From the NCBI GenBank assembly GCA_965153285.1, contig OZ229113.1: 64,000 nucleotides of DNA; one strand, 5' to 3'. The notes below the pieces were generated by a model. That model was not told the DNA's origin. It did not search any database and saw only the letters and a list, made by a program, of their open reading frames with translations. Made by a program: the position numbers and the translations under genes. Source of the stretch: Podarcis tiliguerta (taxonomy: Eukaryota). Below are positions 39,179-52,113 of this stretch, in pieces. Position 1 is the first letter of the stretch. The number at the start of each line of letters is the position of its first letter.

Positions 39179-39465
39179 TTAGGGATGGGGGATAAATATG
39201 ATACAGTTCACATTTAAAAGCAAATCTATCAAGTTCACATTTTCCAAAATAATATGAGAACTGAATGAAACACAGTAACCCTTTGAAATTTCCACTAATC
39301 CACATTTTGCCATGCAGTTCTCCATATGCATAAAAGGTGCATATAATAGGGGGAAAGCATGCATAAAAAAAATTTCATTCGTGAAATTAATGTACAAAAA
39401 TGCATTGTGTTGGGAGAAATTGCTTGCGAAAATGTGCACATAAGTCAAAACTGCATACAAAAAGC
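39179..39465 (-). repeat. Reverse copy of the AT-rich repeat family (2657-3020)
   Basis: tagggatggg...cagttcacatttaaa... is the reverse complement of the right end of the 2657 copy. Confidence 0.6.
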
Positions 39466-42400
39466 CAGGGATAGCCGCGCGAAGCCTCCACAGGGCAGCG
39501 TGATGAAGGCTCCCCGTGCCCTGCAGAGGCTTCCCCAAAAATACGGTAATTAAAAGGACAATCACTTTTCACACAGTTTTACAGTCCACCTTTTAGAACA
39601 TAAATTATCATGCTGTTGCATTAGTGTATCTTTCTTGGCAAAGAAGCCATGTGAAAATACAGAACATGATGCTCATGTGCTCTGGTGAATAATGTTGCTT
39701 TTATGCAAATGCACCCCCTCCAAATTGTTTCTAAAAGGACAAATGAGGGCACACGCTGGGCAGAATGACCCACACAGAGACACAAAACAAGGGAAACTTG
39801 GGGAAGCAGGGAGAAAAAAGATGGACAGGTTTGAATGTCTTTGGCAAGATGGTGGTTTTTTGAGAAGTGAAACAGGATCACCCCCCAAAACAAGGGCCTG
39901 CGGAGGGTGGGATAGCAGAAATACATTTCCTCTCCCCCCTCTTAAAGTCCCCACAAGTGAGAGGCTTGAACACTTTCTACAAGGCACCTGGTTCAGGCTG
40001 GTTAGAGCCATGAAGAAGAGTTGCTCCTGGGATAAGGATACAGTACCGGTTTCACTTCCTCGTAGCTCAGAAATAATAACTTTTAATTATTACTGTAAAA
40101 ATGGGAAGGAAGAAGCCTAGACCAAAAATAATGAGCAATCTTCTAATTCCACATAGGAATCTTTTAATTTTCTTGAATTAGGCACTTTGAGGTTTTCAAA
40201 ACAGAATGATGTAATGACTCTTGACTCTAATAAGTTCTCACAAGAAAATTAACAGTCTTACGGCACATGTAGCATTTATAGCACAGCTTACATTCTAAAT
40301 CTTGGAATCTAATTTAAAGATCTGTTGAAAAGTGAGTAGTTTGATAGTTTTCCTTTGTGCGTCCACCTTTCTGTCTGAAACTCCCATAAAAGATGCATAA
40401 TAAAAGTACAGCTTTCCATTCCAAGACACAAAAGTTTCCATGGGTGCAGCGCTCATTCCTTAACAATGTTAAAGTGTACTAAAGAGGGCCAGAGTTGACT
40501 GTTCTCTTTTCAAATACCAATGTCCATTGGTCACAAAATCATTTCAACGGCTCATTTAGTCAATGCCACAAAGAATTATAAGCACGCTTTCAGAACCAAA
40601 GGTCTGAAGGAGACACAGACACTGGCCAGGGAAACCGCAACCTTGCTAATTTGGTATGTAGGCAGTCAAGTCAGGCCTGTAACGCTGTCATTCTAACACA
40701 CTCAGGCTAGTTATAGCATGGAGAAGTGATAATTTCAACTGCTTTCTCCTCCACAGTCTGTTGAAGCAACAACATTAAAGTGGTCTCGGACTACCTGTCT
40801 TCCTCTCATGCACCCAGCTTGAGAGAAAACCTCCTTATTTGTTAAACTGGAAGTTTCCCATAACATCTGAACCATGAAATTATAGCTTAAGCACTGCCTT
40901 CAAGCCATAACTAGAAATCACAGCTGTAAACGAGTTTTAAACTAACCAAGTAGCCTCCTTTCATACTGGGTCAGAGGGAGGCAGGGGGTGGTCATTATTC
41001 ACTAGGGCTTCAACAAACTAGTGTTGTTGGAGTGAGAGCACCATGTCTGAATGAGGCCTGAGATCAGCTTGGTCTTCACCTAAGTAGCATGTTGCTTTCA
41101 GTAAGAACCCAAGATTTTTGAACCATGCAGGCCTCTGTTGGTTCCTCATGTTGTTTGGCCCATGTAGATCTGGTAATTCCAGTTCATCTCCCCAGTCATC
41201 TATATTCGCAGCGCCAAAGTGCAATAGAGAGGCAGCTAGCCGCTAGCTCCTTGGACAAACTACCACGACGGTGGAAAGAATTATATGCCTTGGTCTAGCT
41301 TTCGGAGGCCACGTTTAAGACCCCCTTGCATAGCCACTTAGGATTAAATTTAAAAATTACTTTAAAAATCTTCTTGACCAAAGTTATTGGCAACACATAT
41401 TCGGTATTAGGAATCCCAATTTATAGCTCCGCACAACACATACCTCCTTACTTTCAGAGCAGCTTTGTTGCAATGATTAACATAATATTCTGTTAGAACA
41501 GTTTGTTCTTTGGGATTTCTTTACATTCTCATAGAACAAGTAACTATAAATTATACTTTGAATAATGATAATGACAATAATAATGAACAGTAGCCAGCAA
41601 CCTTATTTTTTTTTTGCAGGGCCGTATAAACTTTAACTGTTTTCTACAATGCTCCCGTATGATTCAAGTCAAGTAGTATTAATATAATCATGTTACTAAG
41701 AAGTTAACCTAGTTTTCAAATCCACTTTAGCCACATTGTAATCTACATGGGCCAGCTGTAGCCTGAAGGATCGAAAACCAGATAAATAAGCAGAACTCAA
41801 CATTTTTTAATCTTACGATTTGGGAAAGGGGGAAGCAGCAGCTGTGGGTCTTCATGATTTTTTTAATGTTTCATTTTGCAACTTTGCCAAACTGTTTTCT
41901 AATTAAAGAAAAGGGTTTTCACACTGTCATTGATTCATACAAAACCTGTCAGATCAGTTCTTGGATGGAGAGAGATGAGGCGAGGCCAGTCAACATAGGG
42001 AATATCATATTCTCCAATGACACCAATACAGCACCATGCTTGGGGTGCGTGTGGACTCATATATGTAAAACTACACAAAGAAGATGTTTTGTGAAAGATA
42101 ATTTGAGTTTTATATATTAAAGGGATTACACTTATTGTTCATTCTCAACTGTGAAAAATTGCTACCTAAAAGTGAAATCATGCATTTATATTCAACCCCA
42201 TCCCAATTTACCTCCTGCCTTTGTATGCCATGCAAAATGGCATATCCATCACATTACCAGACCATTCTGCAATAGAACAATTGCAAAACAATAAAGCAGC
42301 GCAGAATACAGCAGTCTTGATTGGTGCCACTTTACTTTCTCAGGGGTACCAATATGGTGCCCTCCAGATGGTGTCAGACTAAAACTCCCAACAGCCCTGA

Positions 42401-43696
42401 CCTCTGGTCATGCTGGCTGGGGCTGGTGGGAGCTATAGAGTTGTTGGAACAGCTGGAGGATGTTGGCCTACCCCTACCCCAGCTTCTCTTCCCCTCAGTC
42501 CTCTCTCATCCCCATCCCCTTTTCCAAAGAAAACATACAGCTGCTTTGAATCCTTCTTGTGGTTTCAGAAGAAGCTGGCAACTTGTCTAGCACATGGCTG
42601 AGTAAAAGGGAACATAAATAAGCTAAATCTGAAACAATATGAGGTTTCTGTCACGAAGGCAGCATGAAATGAGAGGGAAATGGCAAGAGTAGAAATTGGG
42701 AGGGTGACACACTTCAACGGAGACTTTGTTTACTATACGTCTTGGGAAATGGAACCGCAAGGCAGAAAGCACTCTTAAGTTTCAGGCTAGAAATGACTAG
42801 CTTTCTGTCTAAATGGAATACCTCCTTCTCTGAAGGCCAGACATTATAGATTTCTATGTGGCTAAAGTGGATTTTAAAACCAGGCTATCTTCTAAATGGC
42901 ATGGTTATATTAACACTATTTCACTTGCAACGGAGGAGTCCTGTGGAGAAACCAATTAATGTTTATTTAGCACTGTAAAGACTGAACCTATGGATGTTTA
43001 CTCAGAGATGTCCCACTTATGCACTTATCACACATATGCAGAGGACAGCAGCACCAAGGTGCTTGTTACCATTTTATTATTATTGTCATCAAATGTAATT
43101 CTAAGCTGTGTAGTATGCAAGACCGAAGGTTCAAAGACTGTAATTTTGTAGGCTTTGGTCTGGTTCGTGTTATACATTAGAGGTGGGGAATCTCCAGCCC
43201 AAATGGGACTCTCAAACCCTCTCTACCCGGCCCTCTCTCCAGAACAAACTCCTTCCCCAGCCATACCTCCTACTGGCCCTGTTTCACACGCTAAAATGTG
43301 ACCACGAACTGTGATCATGCCTCTTCCTTTTCTGGATGGAAGACAGAGAGGGGTGCAAGTACAAAGGCAAAATTGACATTGTTTGATCTCCCCACTTCTG
43401 CCTCTGGCCCCATCCAGCAGTAGCTTGTGGCTCCTGAAAGGTTGCCCATCAAGGAAAGTGGCCCTCAGACTCAAAGTCATTCCCCATTCCTGTTATATAT
43501 GCATTTGTATTACACCCGTCTTCAAAACAGCACAGAAGAATAGCACTGCAGCCTCATAGCTACCCCATGAAACAGTCAAGGCTGAGAATGCGATCTTACC
43601 AGGCTACAAAGTGTGATTTGTAGCTGAACTTGGGGTGGAATGCAATGTTGTGCTATTACAAATATTCCATCTGTGCAAGCATATCAGCTTGCCAGA

Positions 43697-44019
43697 CAGG
43701 GCCATCTTTAGCATATGCGCCGCCGGGGTGCAAATATCTGCCCAGCGCTCCTTGGGGGGGGGGCTTTTTTTGGGAGGGGGGAAGCTGAAGTTGTTGACTT
43801 TTTTAGGGAGCAAACTCAACCTGTAACAACGATGCAGCAAAAAGCCTGCTTTTGTTTGACACTACGGAGTAACAGAGCGACGGATGAGGGGGGCGGGGAC
43901 TTCAGCCCCACTGCTTTTCACTGCCGCCAATCAAGAGGGACTAGTGTGCATTTGGCGCCTCTCAGAGTGTGGAGCCCAGGTGACCACACCCCTTGCACCC
44001 CCAGGTAAAGACGGCCCTG
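43697..44019. mobile_element. GC-rich hAT-type MITE
   Basis: TIRs cagggccatcttta / taaagacggccctg; 8-bp TSD ttgccaga / atgccaga (7/8). Confidence 0.88.
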
Positions 44020-45959
44020 ATGCCAGATGGAATTATCTCCCCACACCCACTGTTCTGACCCCAATAGCCAATTTTTGGGGGGTACAGGGGGAAGAGAGGG
44101 GAGAAAGCCCAGTTACACCAGGCTTCTGTTGACAGTGTCTGTTAGGTGAATCCCATCCAGTATTTAAGTCAGTACAACACATATATCATATGCCCTTCTT
44201 TTGAATGCTGCAGCGATCAGGGAGAACACATTGTTTATATTTCACTTATACATCTTAAAATACAAATGATAGGCTTAAATAACTTTTATTTTAAAAAAGC
44301 ATGACACATTTCAAAACAAATGAAGCTACCACCAAGCCTATCTTGGGCATTGTTAGAAAGAATCTACTACCAGCAGCTCATAATGTTGAAAAGCCTGTGA
44401 AAAGTCAGTGAGAATACCAAACCTATAACTAAATTGGTAATTCCTTAGAGGGTTTGGAAGAAATACATTCCATTTTCATCTTGGTTATTCTTTCATTCTG
44501 TTTTTATTCAATGTGCCACTCTGTGTTGATGTCTCTAGAATTTGTTGATATCTCCACGCCTGAGAACTTAATTCTCGAGACATTTAGGTCATCCTAGATC
44601 AGACTTCAGGCCAGTGATGCCAATGGAAAGGGGTTGATATAGACATAGCATAGGCAAAAGGAGAATTAGGTCAAATGTACTCAACCCTTAGGTGGTTTGC
44701 TTATGGAGACAGCGGGGAGAAGTGTGTGTATGTGCCTGTGTGTTGCAGAGATTAAGACAGATTTGTGAAGTCTCTGTGACATCTGGAGGAACTCTTTCTA
44801 TTACAGCCCATTAATCATAAAGCAGTTTTGAGGACTTCTCCCTCTAATGAATAATGCATCCCTGTGATGATGGAGGGTAATCCATTTAGCCAACATGGTG
44901 ACTGGAGCCTCAAGACACAGAGTCTTTCAATGTGTCAACAAGCCAGCCCCAGATTTACAATGTGAGGATGATTTCCTGGTGACTAAAAATGAGGAAGGAC
45001 AAAGTACAGACAAAATCCTGGGATGACAGAGCTCATCCCAGTTTGACGAGTGCATTTGCCCAGGTTGCCACTATCAGAACACTGTCTTAAAGGGAAATGT
45101 ACTGAATGCAACACAAATAGGTATGAAAGTGAGCCCAACTCCAGTGTATTTCATTGGCCACATTGCAACTATTACAGCTGAGCCAGCTGCTCTGTCAGAG
45201 CTTCCTGTTTCACACATAGAAACATGTGTATTTAAATCCCAGAGGCGGCTCCATGCTGTAAATAAAAGCTTTGTGAAGGGGCAATTTTCAAAGAAAATAG
45301 GAGAGGGATGCTTAAGCCCCTCTCATCTCCCCTAATGCGGGGAGGGGGGCAAGGGAAGAGAAGGACTCCATGCTTGCAGAATTTGAAATTCCAATATGAT
45401 CTGACCTGATTTGCATGTCCTGGACTAATCTGGGGGTCACAGTTTGCTTATTTTTCTGACTTTTGCACTTCCTGAATCTCCTGATTTAGTTCTTGGCTCA
45501 AAAATGCATCAACATACATTTTAAAAATGTATACTTTGGAAAACAATGTTTTTGAGATAACATTTTGAGAGAAAATATTTTAAGGTTACCCATTTGAACA
45601 TGTTTCTAGCAGTGAATTCTTGGGCAGATTTTTTAGTATTTTTATTTAATTGCAGATCAATGTGGAAACAGAACCAATTTATGAGTGAACACAGGCAAAA
45701 GGGACACGAACTGGAAAGAGACAGATTCTTTCAGACCACACATTTTAGCTGTGATTCCACAGTGTTAGCCATGTTAACACATTGTAGCAAAAACAACAAG
45801 GGTCTTGAGGTACCTAAAAGAGCAATAGATTAGTGTAGTCATAATGTGGGTTTTTTTCTTAGACTTTAAGCTAAAAGATTAGCCATTCCCAGTTCTTGCT
45901 GAATATCTACAGTGACCCAAACTATGCAGGATTAGCAGTTGAAGCAACTGAGTCAGTTA

Positions 45960-46168
45960 CAGTGGTACCTCGGGTTACAGACACTTCAGGTTACAGACTC
46001 CGCTAACCCAGAAATAGTACCTCGGGTTAAGAACTTTACCTCAGGATGAGAACAGAAATTGTGCAGCGGTGGTGCGGCAGCAGTGGGAGGCCCCATTAGC
46101 TAAAGTGGTGCTTCAGGTTAAGAACAGACCTCCAGAACGAATTAAGTTCTTAACCCGAAGTACCACTG
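45960..46168. mobile_element. Tc1/mariner (Tigger-like) MITE
   Basis: TA|cagtggtacctcgggtt ... aacccgaagtaccactg|TA; very similar to 38008-38238. Confidence 0.92.
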
Positions 46169-48795
46169 TACTGGCACAAAGTTTGGAAGCCAGCATATTT
46201 TAATTTCACAATCTGAGCTCTGCAGTTCAGTGACAACTTCCAGGAGGTAATGGAATGACTATGGGCACCTGATCATTCAGAGGCAGCGCAACCAGCCCTG
46301 TGTAATCCCTCCAATTTCCCCATGTCTCCCATTCCTTGTACGTTATCTATGCAGCTTTGTGTATTAAGACTGCTGGGTTGTAAATAATCAAGCAAAAGTG
46401 GTAGTTATAGGGGAAACACCAAGGTAACACCAATCTGGTGTATTCCAAATGTTTTGGACCACAACACTTATGAGCCCCAGCAAGCGTGACCAATAACCAA
46501 GGTTGATGGGAGTTCTAATCTAACACCACATTGGATAAAACTGGCAGAGGTGCTAAAAATACTTGACAAAATTAGTTGATAGCCACCACACCTTGTCCCT
46601 GGAACAGCATTTCACACTAGTTTTTCAAATACTGCACTCTGTACCATAATAGAGCACCGTTTTCAAAGCAAGTCCAAGTTCCATGTTGCCGTTAAGTAGT
46701 TGGCACCGGGGCAAGGGAGCTATGAGGAGGAAGCAGCAGTAACATGTTTTGGCTTTCACAGCAGAGATGGCAGATAGTCGAGCTTTTTCCCACATGGATA
46801 ATTTCTTAATTATCTGTATGGATTTTCTGTCTATATTTGTTACTGCCACAGCTACAGCTCATTAGTAGCCATTTAGCTACAGACCGACTTGCAATTATGG
46901 GATATTTTGGCAATCTTAAGAAAATTACTTTCATTTGATTTTGGTTTATGTTAAAAAGCATTGAACTATGAATGATTTTGAATTATTTACAAATTATAAA
47001 ATGTCAAGAGTTCATTTGAATGGATGTGAATAGAGGGCTGATTTGAACAACCATTTGGGAGGCCCATTTCTCAACCTGCAGAGACTTATTTATCTGCAGA
47101 GGCTAATAACATCTCTTGGGACAAGTGTTTTTCAAACTGTTTTCTGAACTGTGTAGTAAATTAGGTGAATCTCAAGCCAACCAGATCAGGAGACAAAACC
47201 TTGTTGCATTTAAATATGCATATTAGAGAGAGACATATGGCCAGGAACATAGAGATAATTTTCTTTTCAGTGTTTCCCAGAGATTTGAAAGTTTTGATAT
47301 ACAGTATACATGCATGAAGTATGTTACAGATAATTTTCAGTCTAATTTCTCAGCCACGCCTAACACTCGTCATCTTGATCATCGAGCCATAAAAACTACT
47401 GGCCCAGATAAAAATACTCCTGTTTCTGAAACCTGTCTGTAAAAAAGGAAAAGAAACCTCACTAAACATCTTGGCTTAAAAAACAAACAAACCATTTCCT
47501 TTTAATTTTATTATGTTGACATGCCAGTATGAAGTATGTACACACTCTATTAGTCCTTCTGGGCAGAATATAGAACATAGGAACATGTAACACCTTTTTA
47601 AAACACTCTTGAATGTTCTTCTCATTCCCAGCAAACTTTATGTCCTTTAATTCACCCTAGTAATTTCCCAGATGGAGTGACCTTTATCTTTTACCTTCTT
47701 TATAACACTCAAGAAATGAAATAGCTCCCACAGCCTGTGCCAATAATTATACGTAACCAGCTATGGCTTAAGATTGTGTATGCGAAACCCAAATATGTTT
47801 GCCAAATTAAAAGTGCTATGAACAAACTTGAAAGAACTGATTTCCATTACCGTACCTTAGCCTTTTTCAACTGAGTCATCATGAGGCAATGCTGACCTTG
47901 GACTCCAAAGGTATCTTGGAACATTAGTGGCTCAGTGGAAAAAACAAACCTGTTTTGTGCATGGTAAAGAGATCCATCAAGCTAAGAGGTTGTTTCCCAT
48001 TCTTCGCAGACACCATTCCCTTATTAGTATTCCAATGTTTAATCGAACTATCGAATGAATTAATTTTTTATATATTAAAATGGTTTCCCTAATTTATCAG
48101 CCAACTTATTTCCCCCCCAAAAGTCCACTCTTCAGTAGTTACTTCACTTCAGAACTTACCTGAGGGAATGGCCTGCTTTATCACCTCATAATTCACCTGA
48201 GGTAATAGCCTATTTTATCAACTCAGAACTCAGAGGAGGAATGGCCTGCACATGGAAAAGTTGGCATGCTGGAAAACGTATAAGTTCAACCTTCTCCCTG
48301 ATATTCATTAACCTGTTATTGATTTGTTCGTTTTATCTATATCCCTCCTTTCTCCCAGTACAAGGGGCCAAGGCGGCTCACAGCATGAATTAAAACCAAG
48401 CCTCCCAGAGGGCTATTCTTCCTGCACTAGCTTCTTGAAGTTGGCTTTCTCCATGACTTCCCACCAAATGTGTCTTCCTAAAAGCCCACAGCAAATACCA
48501 ACAGGCAAATGTGAGCTGGTAGGACTCCCGCTGGCAGCAGGACCCATTTTTTTTACAGGTTGCTTTCTCTTCTTCTTTTCTCTCAGCTAGTAAACAGACA
48601 ATGGCAGTGCTTGTTTCTTCGCATGCAGCTCTGGCCCAAATCCAGACCCACGCTGGCAGGATCAATGGAGGGCTAGCATTGTACCATTCTGTTACACACA
48701 CCACTCGACTTGTCATCCTTTTGGGGGGCAGCGACTCGGATGTAACCTCATTTCAGGCTGGCAGCTGGTGGGACGGGCTGGGCAGAAAAACTCAC

Positions 48796-48937
48796 TTAGA
48801 GCCACCACATCGTAAACCCAGACATAGGCCAAAGACAAGAAGCTGTTAATAAATAAACCCAAACAAAACCGCCACATAATGAACTGGATGCTGCCTGTTG
48901 AAGATGGCTTGTTTGGCTTCTTTCTGGGTGCACACAT
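48796..48937 (-). CDS. Candidate alternative first coding exon with a hydrophobic segment (phase-1 donor)
   Basis: MCAPRKKPNKPSSTGSIQFIMWRFCLGLFINSFLSLAYVWVYDVVAL then A|gtgagt; second in-frame ATG at 48877; repeat-free surroundings. Confidence 0.3.
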
Positions 48938-50091
48938 TGGCACAGTCTCCTCAGCCACTTGCTAATTAGTGATGCCAGAGAACACCAAATTACGAGTGTG
49001 CTGGCCATTTCCTGACCTTCACCTCCCATCCTCTCCAATCGCACCTCTTGAAGAGGTATATAGTGCCTGTTCTCACACTAACTGCACTGAACAAAGCAAA
49101 TCCATTTGCTTCCCTCACGATGACTACTGCAACCAACACATTGACGGCGCTTCCATCTGCTTCTATCCATCTGCACGCCGCTGTGCCTGACACCCCAAGC
49201 CTCTGATGCTTTTGAATAGCTACTGATTCTCTTCTGCAAGGTGTTTTTTTGTATTCCCCCAGTCTAACAGAAAGGGTTTCTTTCTCTCCACTCCTTCCCC
49301 ATCTATGAGGCCTGTGAGAAGAATGTCCACTGATAAGCCAGCCACAGCCTCCCTTTCCCCCCTCCCCCTGCAGAAAGAAAGAACACTCATATGTTTGTAT
49401 GGGGTTATCAAGTCGGGAGACCTCCCTTCAGCTACAAGGCCCAGCCTTCTAGCTCACGGCAAGCTCTGAAGGGTACTTGCTTCCTTTGTTCCGTCTGCCT
49501 ACCCCACCCTTGTGGCTGCTGCGATATTGGGGATCCTAGTGTCCCCATCCCCCTGCTTTTCCCTGTGGGTGCCTCTGCACAATGAAGAACTCCAGTGCTC
49601 TTTCTGTGCAGCTGCTTTCCCAAGCAACAGCATACTTAAAACTGACCTAATTTCTGCCAGTTTTACCGCTGCCTGGAGGGTTCCAAGTAGCACCAGTGAA
49701 AACAAGCAATGAGAGCAGTGATCAGTTTTCACTCAATCCAGCACTATATACACACACATATATATCTCTAAACTTTCACTTAATATTTGACGGCTTTTTA
49801 AAAAACCAGCAAGATAAATTAATCTCTGCCTTTTGAATGCAGGTTGGGGTGGGTTTTTTTTGGCATTCTGAAGGAACGGCTTATGATTCTCATATTATTC
49901 CAAACCTTGATAACTTATTTTGTGTTTTCCTTTATACTTGGCACAAGACTTCTAGATGCCCAAAGTTCCCATCAAGCATGATTACCTATTCATGGGAGCA
50001 ACATGCAATCATCCATCCCCAACTGGTTGGATGATTGAGCCACTCAACCCTTCCTCCAATACCCACATGTATACCTCAGGTGTCTGCAACC

Positions 50092-50160
50092 TCCTGCAAT
50101 GGGGCTTGAACCCACAGACCTTGAGATTAAGATTCTCATGCTCTGTCGCTGAGCTATCCT
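50092..50160 (-). mobile_element. tRNA-Lys(CTT)-derived SINE head / tRNA-like remnant
   Basis: Reverse complement ggatagctcagcgacagagcatgagaatcttaatctcaaggtctgtgggttcaagcccca has A/B boxes and a Lys-like anticodon arm but degenerate stems. Confidence 0.7.
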
Positions 50161-51977
50161 GAGTTCCTGTATCCAATCGTACAGTGGAATACATAAATAC
50201 TTCCATAGAATCTGGAGCTCCTGACTGTTTAGCATTCCAGATTCTTTGGAAGTCTTCATGAGGATAAATGTATACACAGCACATCCCCACTCCTCTACAT
50301 AGTGACAAGGCTGCTAATCACATCCGAAGAGGCCACCTAAGCAGTATAACTATATACTTGTCTCCTCCTCATGTCCCTCCATACAGCCCAAACAGAGATC
50401 TCTGCCTTTTGTGATATAAAACTTTGGCTGAACTTTGGACAGAATATAAAGCAAATTGAATTTTGCAGTGTGTGCAACATGGTATTTGGACGTGCCTTTG
50501 CATTTGCCAATCTAATCAATTCCACTCACCAAAGTGTTTGTATTAACCTGCCAGTAGCAAGCTAAAAGTAAGCGAGAGCCAGAATTTGTGCAGGCACACA
50601 ATGGATCTATAGTTTCAATAGCTGCCACAGATAAGGGAATATTGGGAGGTGACAAATTTATCAATCTGAGCCTTGTCAACCATTATTTTTTTGCCAGAAC
50701 CAATCAACATCAAAAAATAGAATCCGTACAAGGGCATATGCACATTTTAAATGATCAAATGCATGAATATATTAAAAATCCTATCCACATCCTTATGAAT
50801 ACTTGGCAGCTAATCATTACTAGACCTGCTATTGTCCAGCCCAAAGAGTTACAACTTTCTCTTCTTACCGAAATGTAAATCATTTAAAGTGTGGCAGGAT
50901 TCTGGTCAGGGTGTACTCCAGCCCTCTCCTGCATTAACCCTTCAGTGCCCTGCAGTGCAACCATTTACACAACTGGGATGACGCATACATTTTCCCTCCT
51001 GATCTTCATTCACTTTCTTTAAAAAGTTACAGTTCCTTATTTTTTGAGAACTGCTATCAATACAGGTGCAACATTTCAAATATACAAGTCTTAAATAACT
51101 GCAGTTCCTATTCTCATACTGGTTATCATTTTGTCCTTAATAGGATACCATACATTCAGTTCCCGTGAAAAAACATACTAAAAAGTTTGCCAACCAGAAT
51201 AGACACATGTTGATGGCAGCAGATGGTTCGGTTTCCTCTTGCCAGTCCCATTCTTTGATCCTTAGGACGCAGCTCCCTTAGACCTGCAGATCCATCAAAT
51301 AAAAAGCACCCACAATAAATAGTGAAGGCGTATTTTTCTTTTTAAGTGGGTGCTGTCCTCCATAAAGGGGGGAATTGAAATATCTGTAATTTGATCCACC
51401 ATTGTTAAATTTGAACCAGATACACTGACACAAAGTAGAACCACATTAAAATTTACAGACCTTCCAAAGGGCAGGTATCCATTGTAGCATGAATTAAAAT
51501 GTTTCCATCATCCACCCTCCCCAGTATAAAGTGTTTAAATGAAGTGTTTCCCACAAAACTTTGAGTTTTTAAAAACTAAACAAATCTGTTCCAAACTCAA
51601 AACCCAAATAAAATTGGATTCTACAGCTAGAATAAATTGTGCAGTTCTTCAGGTCCATCCATATCTGGGCTTACTTATAACTTATTTTGCTTCTTCTAGT
51701 CATGGCAACCAAAGCCTTATTTCTTGATCCATCATAAACCTCTGGGAGGAGGCGGTGGCCCAAGAGACAGGGAGATAGAGATGCAGAACTATGGTTCCAC
51801 AGCCAGTTTGATGGTGCTGCAAATTCCAGACCCCAGACAGTGTTAGAGCTGCTGGTTCGGAGTTCAGTGGCTAAAGTGTAAGAACATGACCAGAAATCCT
51901 GCAGTTGAGGCAGAAAGAAAAAGTTGCTGCAGCACTAGCCTGCAGTAACTGCCAAGGCTTTATAGTTTAGTCTAGAA

Positions 51978-52113
51978 CAGGGTTTCTCAAACTTGGGCCT
52001 CTACCTGTTGTTGGACTACAACTTCCATCATGCCTAGCTAGCAGGACCAGTGGTCAGTGATGATGGGAATTGTAGTTCAAAAACAGCTGGAGACTCAAGT
52101 TTGGGAAACTCTG
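51978..52113. mobile_element. Palindromic hAT-like MITE
   Basis: TIRs cagggtttctcaaactt / aagtttgggaaactctg; degenerate 8-bp TSD gtctagaa / gtcttgag; same core as 4064-4200. Confidence 0.85.

Noticed and set aside
50092-50160. Possible tRNA-Lys gene
   Set aside because: D-arm and acceptor stem are degenerate; consistent with a SINE head.
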